The notes under the pieces are model-generated. The model had not been told where the DNA came from. It did no database searches and saw only the letters and a program-made list of their open reading frames with translations. DNA of 64,000 nucleotides, taken from a virus (lineage: Duplodnaviria; Caudoviricetes). The stretch covers positions 2,934 through 66,933 of the IMG/VR virus record IMGVR_UViG_3300042334_000377; one strand, written 5' to 3'. Of this stretch, positions 34,737 to 46,119 are shown one piece after another. Each line of letters starts with the position of its first letter. Position 1 is the stretch's first letter. Both the position numbers and the translations under genes were made by a program.

Positions 34737-35924
34737 ATGTCAGAACAAGTAAAACAAGAGGGGGAATTCAAATTACAAAAAAAGAGATCTCCCATGAAAA
34801 AGTTAGTTAATTCTAATGAAATTTCAAAAGTAGACTTAAGAACAAATAAAACACCAGAAGATGCCGTTCAAATCGAAAACACAGATGAAAGCATGTTGGG
34901 CACAAAACAACCCGAATTGGGATTGCAAGAAGTGGAGCAAGGAAACGAAGAACATCAAACAGTTACCGTTCAAGCTACAGCCCAAGAAGAAGTAACAACA
35001 GTAATACAAGAGATTACTCAAGAAGAAGTTGATACTACAACCGCAACACTCGTTGAAGAGGCAAACAAAGCTATTGAGGTACAAGAAAATACAGGTAAGC
35101 CATTACCAGAAAATATTAATAAGCTTGTTGCTTTCATGGAAGAAACAGGCGGAACAGTTGAAGACTATGTAAGATTAAGCTACGACTATTCTACTATTGA
35201 CAGTGAGGCTTTACTAAAAGAATATTATAAAAAATCAAGACCACATTTAGATTCCGAAGAGATTCAATTTTTAATGGAAGATGAATTTAGTTATGATGAA
35301 GATTTAGATGATGAGCGAGACATCAGAAAAAAGAAACTCGCGTTTAAAGAAGAAGTTGCAAAAGCCAAAAACTTTTTGGAAGACCTTAAAGGAAAATATT
35401 ACGACGAGATCAAGTTGAAACCGAGCGTATCTAAGGAACAACAAAAGGCAATGGACTTTTTTAACCGATATAATGAAGAACAGGCAAACGCAGAAGCACT
35501 GCATTCAAAGTTCAAGAATGAGACTAAAGGTTTTTTCTCACAAGAATTCAAAGGTTTTGATTTCAAATTAGGAGAGAAAAATTTTAGATATGGAGTTCAG
35601 AACACAGAAGCAGTGGCTGATAAACAGTCAAACATAAACAACCTAATCAAGAAGTTCTTGAATGATAAAGGTGAAATTGTTGACATGAAAGGTTATCATA
35701 AAGCTATGTATGCTGCCGAGAATGCGGATACTATTGCAAATCATTTTTACGAGCAAGGCAAAGCTGATGCTGTAAAAGACATTGTTGCAAAATCCAATAA
35801 CATAACCAATACGCCAAGAGTATCTCCGGCTAATACTGGTTTTATAAATGGGTTCAAAGTTAAAGCTATAAACGGCATTGATTCTTCTAAATTAAGAATA
35901 CAAACAAAAAAATTTAACAATTAA
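34737..35924 (+). CDS. Scaffolding-like protein
   Basis: Very acidic N-terminus, coiled; between portal and MCP. Confidence 0.65.
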   Translation: MSEQVKQEGEFKLQKKRSPMKKLVNSNEISKVDLRTNKTPEDAVQIENTDESMLGTKQPELGLQEVEQGNEEHQTVTVQATAQEEVTTVIQEITQEEVDTTTATLVEEANKAIEVQENTGKPLPENINKLVAFMEETGGTVEDYVRLSYDYSTIDSEALLKEYYKKSRPHLDSEEIQFLMEDEFSYDEDLDDERDIRKKKLAFKEEVAKAKNFLEDLKGKYYDEIKLKPSVSKEQQKAMDFFNRYNEEQANAEALHSKFKNETKGFFSQEFKGFDFKLGEKNFRYGVQNTEAVADKQSNINNLIKKFLNDKGEIVDMKGYHKAMYAAENADTIANHFYEQGKADAVKDIVAKSNNITNTPRVSPANTGFINGFKVKAINGIDSSKLRIQTKKFNN

Positions 35925-35936
35925 AACTAAAAAACT

Positions 35937-37403
35937 ATGGCTAATGTAACTCCACAGTTTGGGACAATTAAACCGTCTCAAAAACAACAAGCGCTAGAGA
36001 CCAATTACTTAAACTTTACAAACGGAAGTGGTAATGATTTCGCGCAACAATATTTACCAGAAATCTACGAAGCAGAAGTAGAGCGTTACGGAAACAGAAC
36101 ATTATCTGGATTCTTACGTATGGTAGGTGCTGAAATGCCTATGTCTTCTGATCAGGTAGTTTGGTCTGAACAAAATAGATTACACATTGCTTACAGAGAT
36201 GTAACATGTGCTTCAGCTACAACTTTAACTTTTTTAACTGGTAATACTGGTGCTAACTTTGTAAACAACGTTATCTCTGTAGGACAAACTTTAGTAGTTA
36301 TGAGTCCTTCTACTGGAAGAGAACTTAAAGTTTATGTTACAGCTTCTACAGCAGATGCTGCTACTGGAACTGGCGGCGCTATTAGCCCTGCGGTTATTAC
36401 TGTTAAACCTTACACTCAGTTAGATTTAACTACTGGAGCAGGTAACACTGTAAACTTTACTGGAGCAACAGATCTTAAAATCTTTGTTTACGGTTCTGAA
36501 TTCAAAAAAGGTACTACAGATGCTTCTTTAAACTCTGTAACTCCTTCTTTCACTCAATACAGTAACTCTCCAATTATCATCAAAGAGAAATACCAAATTT
36601 CTGGTTCTGACACTGCTCAGATTGGATGGGTTGAAGTTGCTACTGAAGATGGAGCTAGCGGATTCTTATGGTATTTGAAAGCTGAATCTGAAACAAGATT
36701 ACGTTTTGAAGATTACTTAGAAATGTCTGTTATTGAAGGTGAATTAGTTTCTGGTGGTTCTACTTTATTAAGTGGTAACAACATCAAAGGAACTGAAGGT
36801 CTTTTTGCTGCAGTTAGAACTAGAGGTAACATTGTAAATAACTTTACTGCTGCTGCTGGTTTATCTGACTTTGATTCAATCTTGAAAAACTTAGATACTC
36901 AAGGAGCTATTGAAGAAAACATGTTCTTCTTAAACAGAGCTACTTCTCTTGACTTCGATGATATGTTGGCTTCTTTATCTTCTGGTGCTGCTGGAGGTGT
37001 TGCTTACGGTTTATTCGAAAACTCTGAGCAAATGGCATTGAACTTAGGATTCTCTGGATTCAGAAGAGGTTCTTACGATTTCTACAAAACTGACTGGAAA
37101 TACTTAAATGATGCATCTACTCGTGGAGGTATGAATACTACATCTATCGATGGTATCCTTATTCCTGCTGGAACATCTACTGTATACGATCAACAATTAG
37201 GTACTAACATCCGTAGACCTTTCTTACACGTTCGTTACAGAGCTAGTCAAGCTGATGACAGAAGAATGAAAAACTGGATCACTGGATCTGTTGGAGGTGC
37301 TTACACTTCTGATCTTGATGCAATGCAAGTACACTTCTTGTCTGAAAGATGTTTAGTTACACAAGCAGCTAACAATTTCGTATTGTTTACTTCTTCAAAC
37401 TAA
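35937..37403 (+). CDS. Major capsid protein
   Basis: 488 aa, strong codon bias, position, followed by terminator. Confidence 0.88.
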   Translation: MANVTPQFGTIKPSQKQQALETNYLNFTNGSGNDFAQQYLPEIYEAEVERYGNRTLSGFLRMVGAEMPMSSDQVVWSEQNRLHIAYRDVTCASATTLTFLTGNTGANFVNNVISVGQTLVVMSPSTGRELKVYVTASTADAATGTGGAISPAVITVKPYTQLDLTTGAGNTVNFTGATDLKIFVYGSEFKKGTTDASLNSVTPSFTQYSNSPIIIKEKYQISGSDTAQIGWVEVATEDGASGFLWYLKAESETRLRFEDYLEMSVIEGELVSGGSTLLSGNNIKGTEGLFAAVRTRGNIVNNFTAAAGLSDFDSILKNLDTQGAIEENMFFLNRATSLDFDDMLASLSSGAAGGVAYGLFENSEQMALNLGFSGFRRGSYDFYKTDWKYLNDASTRGGMNTTSIDGILIPAGTSTVYDQQLGTNIRRPFLHVRYRASQADDRRMKNWITGSVGGAYTSDLDAMQVHFLSERCLVTQAANNFVLFTSSN

Positions 37404-37408
37404 TATGT

Positions 37409-37454
37409 GGTGATATTACCCCTGTTGAATTTACGGGGGTAATTATTACCTTTT
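37409..37454 (+). terminator. Intrinsic terminator after MCP
   Basis: GGTGATATTACCCCTGT...ACGGGGGTAATTATTACC-TTTT. Confidence 0.8.
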
Positions 37455-37482
37455 AAAACAAATTATTAAATTATATTATATT

Positions 37483-38364
37483 ATGGCAATAGCAAAAAAA
37501 CAAACAGCACCAAGCAGTGCAAAATCACAAGTTACAGTACAAGACGTTGATATGGTTAATGAAATAGAAGTTAACGAACCTACACTGGTAATTGATGAAA
37601 AAAAATACGCAAAAAAAGATTCTGTACCGACCTGGGAAATAAAAGATAGAACTTACTTGTTAGCGGATAATAATTCTCCTATAACATATACATTACAAGG
37701 TAAGCATACTCTTAGATACCCATTATTGTGGTTTGACAAAAAAACAGGTCAACAAGAAGAAATAAGATATGCGACAAATCAAAATTCGCCATTAGTTAGC
37801 GAACAAAAAGGTCAAGTAACATTAGGGCACATTATCTTTGAGGAAGGTGTTTTAAATGTTCCAAAAGAAAAGCAAAACTTACAAAAGCTATTATCTTTAT
37901 ATCACCCTGGATTAGGAAATAAATATACAGAATTTGATCCTACAATGGAAGCTGAAGATGATTTAGATTATTTAGAGATGGAAGTTGAAGCAATGAATAT
38001 GGCCTTTGAAATGGACATCGATGCTGCAGAAGCAATTGTTCGTGTGGAAGTTGGATCTAGAGTTAATAAAATGAGTTCTAAAGAAATAAAAAGAGACTTA
38101 TTATTATTCGCTAGAAAGAATCCTTCTTTGTTCATTGAGTTAGCAAACGATGAAAATGTTCATCTTAGAAATTTAGCTATTAGAGCTACAGAATCAAATA
38201 TAATAAAACTATCACATGATCAAAGAACATTTATGTGGGGAGAGAATGATAGAAAATTGATAACTGTACCATTTGATGAAAATCCATACTCAGCGATGGC
38301 TGCATTCTTTAAAACTGATGAAGGTATTCAAGTCTTCCAGTCGATAGAGAAAAAATTAAAATAA
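37483..38364 (+). CDS. Conserved head-module protein
   Basis: ORF track, position after MCP. Confidence 0.7.
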   Translation: MAIAKKQTAPSSAKSQVTVQDVDMVNEIEVNEPTLVIDEKKYAKKDSVPTWEIKDRTYLLADNNSPITYTLQGKHTLRYPLLWFDKKTGQQEEIRYATNQNSPLVSEQKGQVTLGHIIFEEGVLNVPKEKQNLQKLLSLYHPGLGNKYTEFDPTMEAEDDLDYLEMEVEAMNMAFEMDIDAAEAIVRVEVGSRVNKMSSKEIKRDLLLFARKNPSLFIELANDENVHLRNLAIRATESNIIKLSHDQRTFMWGENDRKLITVPFDENPYSAMAAFFKTDEGIQVFQSIEKKLK

Positions 38365-38382
38365 TACGTAATACTAATATAT

Positions 38383-38406
38383 AGGCGGTGGCTAAGGTTA
38401 CCGCCT
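38383..38406 (+). other. GC-rich hairpin (5'-UTR stem or weak terminator)
   Basis: AGGCGGTGGC-TAAG-GTTACCGCCT. Confidence 0.55.
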
Positions 38407-38429
38407 TAATATTATAATAAAAATAACAG

Positions 38430-39155
38430 ATGGCAATAAGTGTAGATACGGTTTATAGAACCGTTTTATTAATCATAAATAAGGAGCAAAGAGGTTATAT
38501 AACTCCTGATGAATTTAATAAAACAGCAACTCAAGTACAGCTTGAAATATTTAACGATTACTTTGACAGTTTAAATCAACAAATCCGTGTGCCGGATAAT
38601 GATACAGAGTATGCTGATCGTGTAAAAAATTTACAACAAAAAATTGCAATCTTCCAAACAGACGGGGCGTGTGCTCCTATAGCAGGTGGATTTAATATAC
38701 CAGCAGTAAATGACTTTTATAAGTTAGGTACTGTAATATATAATGATGACAAAGAAGTTCAATACGTTCAACCAAATGAACTATTAGAGCTTAACCTATC
38801 GCCAATTACTAAACCTACAAAGTATTGGCCAGTATATACCTTTAAAGATTTTATAATCAAGGTATACCCAACAACGATAACTTCTGGAATTACTTGTACT
38901 TATGTTAGAAAGCCCGCTGATCCAAGATGGGGTTTTACAACTTCTGCACCTAACTATCAATATGTATATAATTCTACACAATATAACGCAATCTCAAACC
39001 CTACTGGATCTCAGAATTTTGAGTTGCATCCAATAGAACAAACTAATTTAATAACTAGAATATTACTTTATTCAGGTATAGTTATTAAAGATCCACAAAT
39101 TGTACAAATCGCTGCGCAACAAGTGCAAGCAGAAAGTATTAATTCAAAAAGCTAA
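38430..39155 (+). CDS. Head-tail adaptor / ring protein
   Basis: NKEQRGYITPDEFN...YVRKPADP; position. Confidence 0.65.
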   Translation: MAISVDTVYRTVLLIINKEQRGYITPDEFNKTATQVQLEIFNDYFDSLNQQIRVPDNDTEYADRVKNLQQKIAIFQTDGACAPIAGGFNIPAVNDFYKLGTVIYNDDKEVQYVQPNELLELNLSPITKPTKYWPVYTFKDFIIKVYPTTITSGITCTYVRKPADPRWGFTTSAPNYQYVYNSTQYNAISNPTGSQNFELHPIEQTNLITRILLYSGIVIKDPQIVQIAAQQVQAESINSKS

Positions 39156-39161
39156 TAAAAG

Positions 39162-40406
39162 ATGCCGACACCAAATGACGGTTTAATTACCGAAACAAAC
39201 AGACAATACTACGAAGGAGCACAGGGGTTTATTGCTAGTGGTACCGAAAGAGTTTTTATTACAACATTTAATACAGATTTGATATTTGGCAGCTACGATC
39301 CAAATAATACTAACTATGCTTTAAACAACTTTAAAGTATATCAAAGCCCATACGGAACCCCAGGAACATTTAATGAAATAATTACCGCATATACGGTAGC
39401 GAATAATGTAATAACACTTCCTACTAATCCAGCAGCTGGTACTTATATTGTTGTACAATTAAAAGTTTTAACTGGTGGAAATTACGGAGATCCAAATGAT
39501 CCTGCAACATTAGCTTATGGTAACACCGTAGAGGACAATTATGGAGGTTATGCCTACATATCTTTAAATGATGTTATTAATAATTTTATGGTTGCTTACG
39601 TGGGTCCTGGTAAGCTAATAACGGATGTTAAAAGAACAGATGTTATATTTCATGCTAAGAGGGGATTGCAAGAATTCAGTTATGATACTTTAAAGAGTGT
39701 TAAGTCTGTAGAGTGGAATATACCTCACAGTTTAAGTTTACCAATACCGCAAGATTATGTTAACTATGTAAAATGTTCGTGGGTTGATAGACATGGTATT
39801 AAACACATTATTTATCCTACTACATTAACAAGCAACCCAACTCAACCAAATGTTCAAGATTCTTTAGGTAATCCAGTTCAGGATAACTTTGGTAATAACA
39901 TTGACGGAGTATCATTAACTGATGAGCGTTGGGGACATAATAATATAGATTTTATATTAAACGATATTGTTTGGAATGGCGACGCATTTGCTTATGATGA
40001 TTATGGTTATGGCTATGGCTATGGCTATGGTGGTACATATGGCAGAAGATACGGGGGAGATCCACAATATATGAACTTTAACGGAACATTCACTATAAAC
40101 GAAAGAGAAAATAAATTTTCATTTAGTAGTGATCTTGTTGGAGCTTTAATAATATTAGAATATATATCTGATGGATTAGCTTATGACATGGATACTAAGG
40201 TTCCTAAGATGGCAGAAGAAGCTATGTACCTACACATATTACATAGTATATTAAGTGTACGCTCAAGTTCTCCTGAATACTTAGTTCAAAGATTTAAAAG
40301 AGAAAGATTTGCAGCATTAAGAAATGCTAAGATAAGATTATCAAATATCAAGTTAGAAGAGATTACTCAAGTAATGAGAGGTAAGTCTAAATGGATTAAA
40401 CACTAA
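39162..40406 (+). CDS. Tail ring / tubular protein A-like
   Basis: PQDYVNYVK, ILEYISDG; contains a YG repeat. Confidence 0.65.
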   Translation: MPTPNDGLITETNRQYYEGAQGFIASGTERVFITTFNTDLIFGSYDPNNTNYALNNFKVYQSPYGTPGTFNEIITAYTVANNVITLPTNPAAGTYIVVQLKVLTGGNYGDPNDPATLAYGNTVEDNYGGYAYISLNDVINNFMVAYVGPGKLITDVKRTDVIFHAKRGLQEFSYDTLKSVKSVEWNIPHSLSLPIPQDYVNYVKCSWVDRHGIKHIIYPTTLTSNPTQPNVQDSLGNPVQDNFGNNIDGVSLTDERWGHNNIDFILNDIVWNGDAFAYDDYGYGYGYGYGGTYGRRYGGDPQYMNFNGTFTINERENKFSFSSDLVGALIILEYISDGLAYDMDTKVPKMAEEAMYLHILHSILSVRSSSPEYLVQRFKRERFAALRNAKIRLSNIKLEEITQVMRGKSKWIKH

Positions 40407-40410
40407 ATAA

Positions 40411-43400
40411 ATGGCAGAAGTAAAAAATAGTTTCCTACAATCTAAAATGAATAAAGACCTAGATGATAGGCTTATTCCTAATGGAGAATATAGAAACGCT
40501 TTAAACATATCAGTAGGTAAGGCAGAAGACAAAGATGTCGGAGCCCTAGAAGCTGTGCTTGGTAATGATTTAGTAGTCAGTACTGACAATAGTAATTTAG
40601 TATGTATTGGCCAAGTTGCTGATAATCAAAACAATAGAGTATTCCAATTCTGGACAGATTATACGGATACAAATAATACGTTGATTCCTCCTACATCAGG
40701 TGATATGCGTATAACCGTTTATGATGCTAGTTCTCTTGAATTAAGAACATTAGTCTCTGGTCCATTTTTAAATTTTGCTACAAATAGTCAATATAGAATA
40801 TTAGGAGCAAATATTTTAGAAGATTTATTATTTTGGACTGATAATAGAAATCAACCTAGAAAAATAAATATAACAAGCGCGTTTTCTGATTCGTCTTATT
40901 ATACAGATGAGGTACAAATATCTGTTGCAAAGTATTATCCTGTATCACCAATAAGCGTTTATTTAGATATACCTGTTACTACAATAAGTGTCTCTACTAA
41001 TCCTACTAGTCAATCGGTATCTTTTACGGTTTCTTTAGCGGATGCTGCTAAATTAAATATTGGTATGCAGTTGATAACTACTGCGTCTTCACCTGCATTG
41101 GGATTAAATGATTATGCGGTAATAACAAATTTAGATAAAGCAACTGGTGTAGTTATTGTTTCCGTTCCTTCTACAACCACTATTCCATCAGTTTCGGTAT
41201 TGCGTTTCTATGGAACATCAATGACTGATAAAGCAGATGAGGCTAATTGGCCAGGGGACCCAAACTATTTAAAAGATAAATATATAAGATTTAGTTATAG
41301 ATATAGATTTGATGATGGTGAGTATTCTTTAATGGCTCCTTTCACGCAAATATTATTTGTACCAAACCAAAACGGTTATTTTCTAAATGGAGATGAGGAT
41401 GCTGCTTATAGAAGTACGATCGTATCTTGGATGGAGAACTATATAAATAATATAGAATTATTTATAGAATTACCGGATGCAGCAGACAATATGGAAAATT
41501 CATATAAGATAAAAAGCATCGACATTTTATATAAAGAATCCGATGCCTTATCTATAAAAGTATTAGAAACTGTAAGCACTAATGAAATAATACTAGAAGC
41601 AGGATCTACAAATAACTATGTATATACATACAGATCTCAAAAACCATATAAAACATTACCAGAATCTCAAACAGTAAGAGTATATGATAAAGTTCCTGTT
41701 AGAGCAAAAGCTCAGGAGGTTGTTGGTAACAGAGTAATATATGGAAACTTTATTAATAAGAGCACTCCGCCTGCAAGTATAAATTATAATTTAGCCGTAA
41801 CTAAAAAGAATAGTTCTTTTACCAGTTGGGCAGAATACCCTAATCATACATTAAAACAAAATAGAAACTATCAAGCCGGTATAGTACTAGCTGACAAGTT
41901 TGGACGTCAATCTGCTGTTATATTATCATCAAATGATGTTGGTCAAGCTGGTTCCGGTTATGACTTAGTTGGTTCAACTATATATTCTCAATATTATGCT
42001 CAAAGTTCTAGCTTAAATGTTAAAGAATGGAGAGGTAATACTTTAGCAATGATTATTAATTCACCTATAGTATCTTCTATAAATGAAGGAGCTGGAACTC
42101 CTGGATTGTATGCTATCGTTTCAGGAAGTATACTTGGAAGCAGTGATGGTTTTCAAATTACAGCGGGCGTTGTTTCTGCAAACTCATATACATTAACCTT
42201 AACAGGAGGGACAGCGCAAAAAAACATACCTAGTATCGGAAATTATTTAAGAGGTAAATATACTGATTATGTAAAAATTACAAATGTTCAAGCTTTCCCG
42301 TTTACAACACCGCCTACCCCCCCAACGCCACTGCCTAATCCGCCTTCTGGGCAATATAGAATAACAACGGATGGTGAAATAAATGCTATTTATAATTATA
42401 ATAGTGCCAATATACCAGATATTAAGTATTCTTATAGTTTAAACCAATTAGGTTGGTATTCTTATAAAATAGTTGTAAGACAACAGCAGCAGGAATATTA
42501 TAATGCTTATCTACCTGGAATACTTAATGGATACCCTATGTTTCAAACAACAAGTGCAGGTAACCCAACAATATTCCCATTAAATGAAGAAAATAAAACT
42601 GCGCATACTGTTTTATTAAATGATAATATAAATAAAATACCTAGAGACTTAGCGGAAGTTGGTCCAGACCAAAAACAATATAGAAGTAGTGTTGAAATAT
42701 TTGGTAGAGTAGAAAATTTATTAAGTGCTGTAGCTCCTTACTATGCTACAAATAAGCAATATTACCCAGCTAAAAAAGCGGATGTGGTATCTACTATCGC
42801 ATCGTCTTCAGACTTAAATTTTTTACCTACAAATTCGCCGGACAATGTGAACGGAACTGCTTCCAATAATTTTTATCAACTAAGCACTACTCCAATCATT
42901 GCAAGAATATCAACGGTAAATAAAATAGGTGTTATAGCTAGCGATCAACCAACCGCTACTCCACCGCTTGCAATAGATACAATGAACCCTTTCTTAAGCG
43001 TTTATGAAACATCCCCGGTTGTATCATTACTTGATATATTTTGGGAAACGTCTTCTTCTGGATTAATATCAGATTTAAATGCTGATGTTTTAACAGGAAG
43101 TGATATTGCAGTAGGATTTGACAATTTAGTGTTTGATCATAACGAATTTCAAGAAGTTAGCGGTGCTGGAGATCCAGAAGATTATGGAGAACAAACATCT
43201 CCATATATAACAGGATATTTTTCACCAGTTAATAGCCTAGGTGTTGCTATAAATGTAGACAGTATGTCAATGACCGTTGCCGATTTAACAGGAGCAAACA
43301 GAAGTAGCGATTTCGAATTAATAAGAATAACTTCAGGTATACACACCGGCGAATTTACTATTAAAATAAAAACACCATTTGTTTATTTAATAGATGCTAC

Positions 43401-44478
43401 TATAAAAGAAAATTATATATTTACTTTTAATATTATAGATAGTACTAATGGTAACACAACTTTAACAGCCATTAATCAATTAAATAATTCTTACCCAGTA
43501 ATATCTTATCCAACTTATCAGGATCCAATAGAGGTATTTAATATTGATGATTTGATAGCTGGACCTATCTTATCATGTGCTGGAATTAATGGAGCTCCAA
43601 ATGTTGCTGGAAATCCTTCATTTAATACTCAACAACAACAATGGTCTATGACTAGCTCAACACCCGGATTCTCAACTTACTTTAGTATAGATCAAGTTAC
43701 TGGTGTTATTAGCTTAATAGATATAACAGTTCCAATTGACGTTAGCTTTAATGCAACAATTAGGCTTACGGACGCATATAATTTCACTACAGGTACTCCT
43801 GGTGCAGGTTCATTATATTCTGAAAGAAATATAGTTTTTTATGCTCCTCTTGTTAATAATTATTGTGCTGATTGGGATAGTGATGTTCTTACTAATGCTA
43901 ATATTCCGCCGGAAGAAGAAAACATTGTTATTGGGCAATTAAATTTTTGGAAATTAATGCAACCAGGAGAGACTATAGACGATGTTAATAGTTCAGTACG
44001 CGTAACCGGGTACACTGCTATTGGAGGTGCTTTTTACGCAACAGATATAGGCGATGGAAATTTTGCTTTTACTAGTGGTAGTTTCTACGGAACTTTTGGC
44101 TTTACAGTGAATCAAGGATCAAATACAAATCCCGTTGACACTTTACAAATAAGCGGTAGCATTAGAACCTCTTCAGGAAGAACAATACCAATAGATATAC
44201 AAGATCAATATACAGTGTCTAGTAGCAGAAGTTCAAGTAATAATTCATGTACAATTTACATTCCGGCTGTTAACAAAAACTGGAGATTAGTAAATGACAA
44301 TGCTACTACAAGCATTAGATGGCAAGCTCTTTTATCAAGCGGCGGAACAATAATAGGTGGTATATTAGCACCTGGCAATACCGTAAGTAGCGCTTTCTAT
44401 GGAGGTACTTACACTTGTATAAAAGAAAACTCATTAACTTATGGCTCTGGAGGTACTCCAACGTACTCTGCTTGCTAG
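40411..44478 (+). CDS. Tail stabilisation/muzzle protein, N-terminal part with Ig-like insertions
   Basis: KMNKDLDDRL.PNGEYRNALN, LLFWTDNRNQPRKIN. Confidence 0.75.
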   Translation: MAEVKNSFLQSKMNKDLDDRLIPNGEYRNALNISVGKAEDKDVGALEAVLGNDLVVSTDNSNLVCIGQVADNQNNRVFQFWTDYTDTNNTLIPPTSGDMRITVYDASSLELRTLVSGPFLNFATNSQYRILGANILEDLLFWTDNRNQPRKINITSAFSDSSYYTDEVQISVAKYYPVSPISVYLDIPVTTISVSTNPTSQSVSFTVSLADAAKLNIGMQLITTASSPALGLNDYAVITNLDKATGVVIVSVPSTTTIPSVSVLRFYGTSMTDKADEANWPGDPNYLKDKYIRFSYRYRFDDGEYSLMAPFTQILFVPNQNGYFLNGDEDAAYRSTIVSWMENYINNIELFIELPDAADNMENSYKIKSIDILYKESDALSIKVLETVSTNEIILEAGSTNNYVYTYRSQKPYKTLPESQTVRVYDKVPVRAKAQEVVGNRVIYGNFINKSTPPASINYNLAVTKKNSSFTSWAEYPNHTLKQNRNYQAGIVLADKFGRQSAVILSSNDVGQAGSGYDLVGSTIYSQYYAQSSSLNVKEWRGNTLAMIINSPIVSSINEGAGTPGLYAIVSGSILGSSDGFQITAGVVSANSYTLTLTGGTAQKNIPSIGNYLRGKYTDYVKITNVQAFPFTTPPTPPTPLPNPPSGQYRITTDGEINAIYNYNSANIPDIKYSYSLNQLGWYSYKIVVRQQQQEYYNAYLPGILNGYPMFQTTSAGNPTIFPLNEENKTAHTVLLNDNINKIPRDLAEVGPDQKQYRSSVEIFGRVENLLSAVAPYYATNKQYYPAKKADVVSTIASSSDLNFLPTNSPDNVNGTASNNFYQLSTTPIIARISTVNKIGVIASDQPTATPPLAIDTMNPFLSVYETSPVVSLLDIFWETSSSGLISDLNADVLTGSDIAVGFDNLVFDHNEFQEVSGAGDPEDYGEQTSPYITGYFSPVNSLGVAINVDSMSMTVADLTGANRSSDFELIRITSGIHTGEFTIKIKTPFVYLIDATIKENYIFTFNIIDSTNGNTTLTAINQLNNSYPVISYPTYQDPIEVFNIDDLIAGPILSCAGINGAPNVAGNPSFNTQQQQWSMTSSTPGFSTYFSIDQVTGVISLIDITVPIDVSFNATIRLTDAYNFTTGTPGAGSLYSERNIVFYAPLVNNYCADWDSDVLTNANIPPEEENIVIGQLNFWKLMQPGETIDDVNSSVRVTGYTAIGGAFYATDIGDGNFAFTSGSFYGTFGFTVNQGSNTNPVDTLQISGSIRTSSGRTIPIDIQDQYTVSSSRSSSNNSCTIYIPAVNKNWRLVNDNATTSIRWQALLSSGGTIIGGILAPGNTVSSAFYGGTYTCIKENSLTYGSGGTPTYSAC

Positions 44479-44510
44479 TAATAATACAAAAAAACAAGTA
44501 ATTATTAAAT

Positions 44511-46109
44511 ATGTCAGCTACTATAGAAATAAAATATTATAATTCTTTTTGGTTAAAGAAAATGGCTACTATCACTGCTGTTAGTGCTGTCAATCCTAAT
44601 TCTCCAACACCAGCTCCAAATACGGCAGCTTCTGTTGGAGCATCAACTATTGGACAAAGTACTTTAACTATAACGAATGCTGCAGCGGCTAGCGTTGGAA
44701 TAGGACAATCTATAAGTTATACTATATCAAGTGTTATATATACTTACACTATAATATTAAAGACTTTAAGTGGTGCAAATACAATATTAACGCTATCAAG
44801 CCCTATAACCGGAGCAAATGTGCCGGGTGGTACTATATTAACATTCGGTGAGATAGATAATAATGCGTGGTTACCTAGTCGTTATGAGTCTACACCAGAT
44901 AGAGATTGGTATATAGAAGAATCAAGGATTAGAGGTGGCTATGAAAACACATCGGTTGATTTAGGTGTTAAAGCTTACATAGTAGAAGATTCCCCTCAAA
45001 GAGAAAAGTTGCCAAGTACTTTAATATATTCTGGTGTATTTAATTCAAGAACAGGTGTTAATAATACCAATCAGTTCTCTGTAGCTGATGATATTACAAG
45101 AACAGTTGATCCTGCGCAAGGTAGTATACAAAAGCTTTATGCAGAAGATACCAACTTAATAATATTCCAAGAATTAAAAGTAAGTAGAGCTTTAATAGAT
45201 AAAGATGCAATATACTCTGCTGAAGGGCAGCCAATGACAACATCTGGATCTATGGTTATAGGCCAAGTTCAATCTTATGCTGGTAATTATGGAATAGGAT
45301 CTCATCCTGAAAGCTTTGCGGTATATGGATATAGAAAATACTTTGTTGACAATTATCAAAATGTAGTATTACGTTTATCTCAGGATGGTATAACCGAAAT
45401 ATCAGCTTATGGAATGCTTGATTATTTTAGAGACCAACTTTCAAATACTAGTTTGGTTAATGGGTCCATTTATGGAATGTGGGACATGCACAATAAACAA
45501 TACGTATTATCAATACAACCAACATCCGGTGAAAGCAATACTTTATCATTTGATGAAGATTCTAATGGATGGACAAGTTTCTTTAGTTTTATTCCTAACG
45601 GAGGATTAAGTTTAAGAAATAACTTTTATACAGTATATTCTGGTAAAATATGGAAACATTATATTACTTCTGTACCAAAAGCTACTTTTTATGATACCAA
45701 CTATGAATCAAATGTTACTATAGTATTTAATCCATATGTATCGGTTTCTAAATCTTTCCTAACCATAAATTATGAAGGGACACAAAACTGGCGTTTATCT
45801 AGTCTTGAAACGGAAACGGATACTTCGGTTATAATAAAAGAATATTACTTCCCTTCAACATTAGCGGGGTTAGAAGATCAACTGTTTGAAAATAAATTTA
45901 AGAAAAAAGAAAATAAATACTTTGCTAATATTTTAAATATAAGTGCGGTACAAGAAGGTGAAATTCAATGGGGCCAGTCAATATCTGGTATTAAAGGGTT
46001 TTATGCAACTGCAACTTTTGCATGTTTAAATGGAAGCGTGGATTCTATTACAAATCAGAAAGCAGAATTATATGCAGTGTCTGCAGAATACGTAGAATCA
46101 TCATATTAA
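44511..46109 (+). CDS. Tail stabilisation protein, C-terminal part
   Basis: GSIQKL, YGIGSHPESFA, LRLSQDGITEIS, GWTSFFSF. Confidence 0.75.
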   Translation: MSATIEIKYYNSFWLKKMATITAVSAVNPNSPTPAPNTAASVGASTIGQSTLTITNAAAASVGIGQSISYTISSVIYTYTIILKTLSGANTILTLSSPITGANVPGGTILTFGEIDNNAWLPSRYESTPDRDWYIEESRIRGGYENTSVDLGVKAYIVEDSPQREKLPSTLIYSGVFNSRTGVNNTNQFSVADDITRTVDPAQGSIQKLYAEDTNLIIFQELKVSRALIDKDAIYSAEGQPMTTSGSMVIGQVQSYAGNYGIGSHPESFAVYGYRKYFVDNYQNVVLRLSQDGITEISAYGMLDYFRDQLSNTSLVNGSIYGMWDMHNKQYVLSIQPTSGESNTLSFDEDSNGWTSFFSFIPNGGLSLRNNFYTVYSGKIWKHYITSVPKATFYDTNYESNVTIVFNPYVSVSKSFLTINYEGTQNWRLSSLETETDTSVIIKEYYFPSTLAGLEDQLFENKFKKKENKYFANILNISAVQEGEIQWGQSISGIKGFYATATFACLNGSVDSITNQKAELYAVSAEYVESSY

Positions 46110-46119
46110 ATTAAATAAA

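Noticed and set aside
40000-40032. (TATGGC/T)n repeat as a regulatory VNTR
   Set aside because: In-frame YG low-complexity loop inside a tail protein; nothing suggests more.
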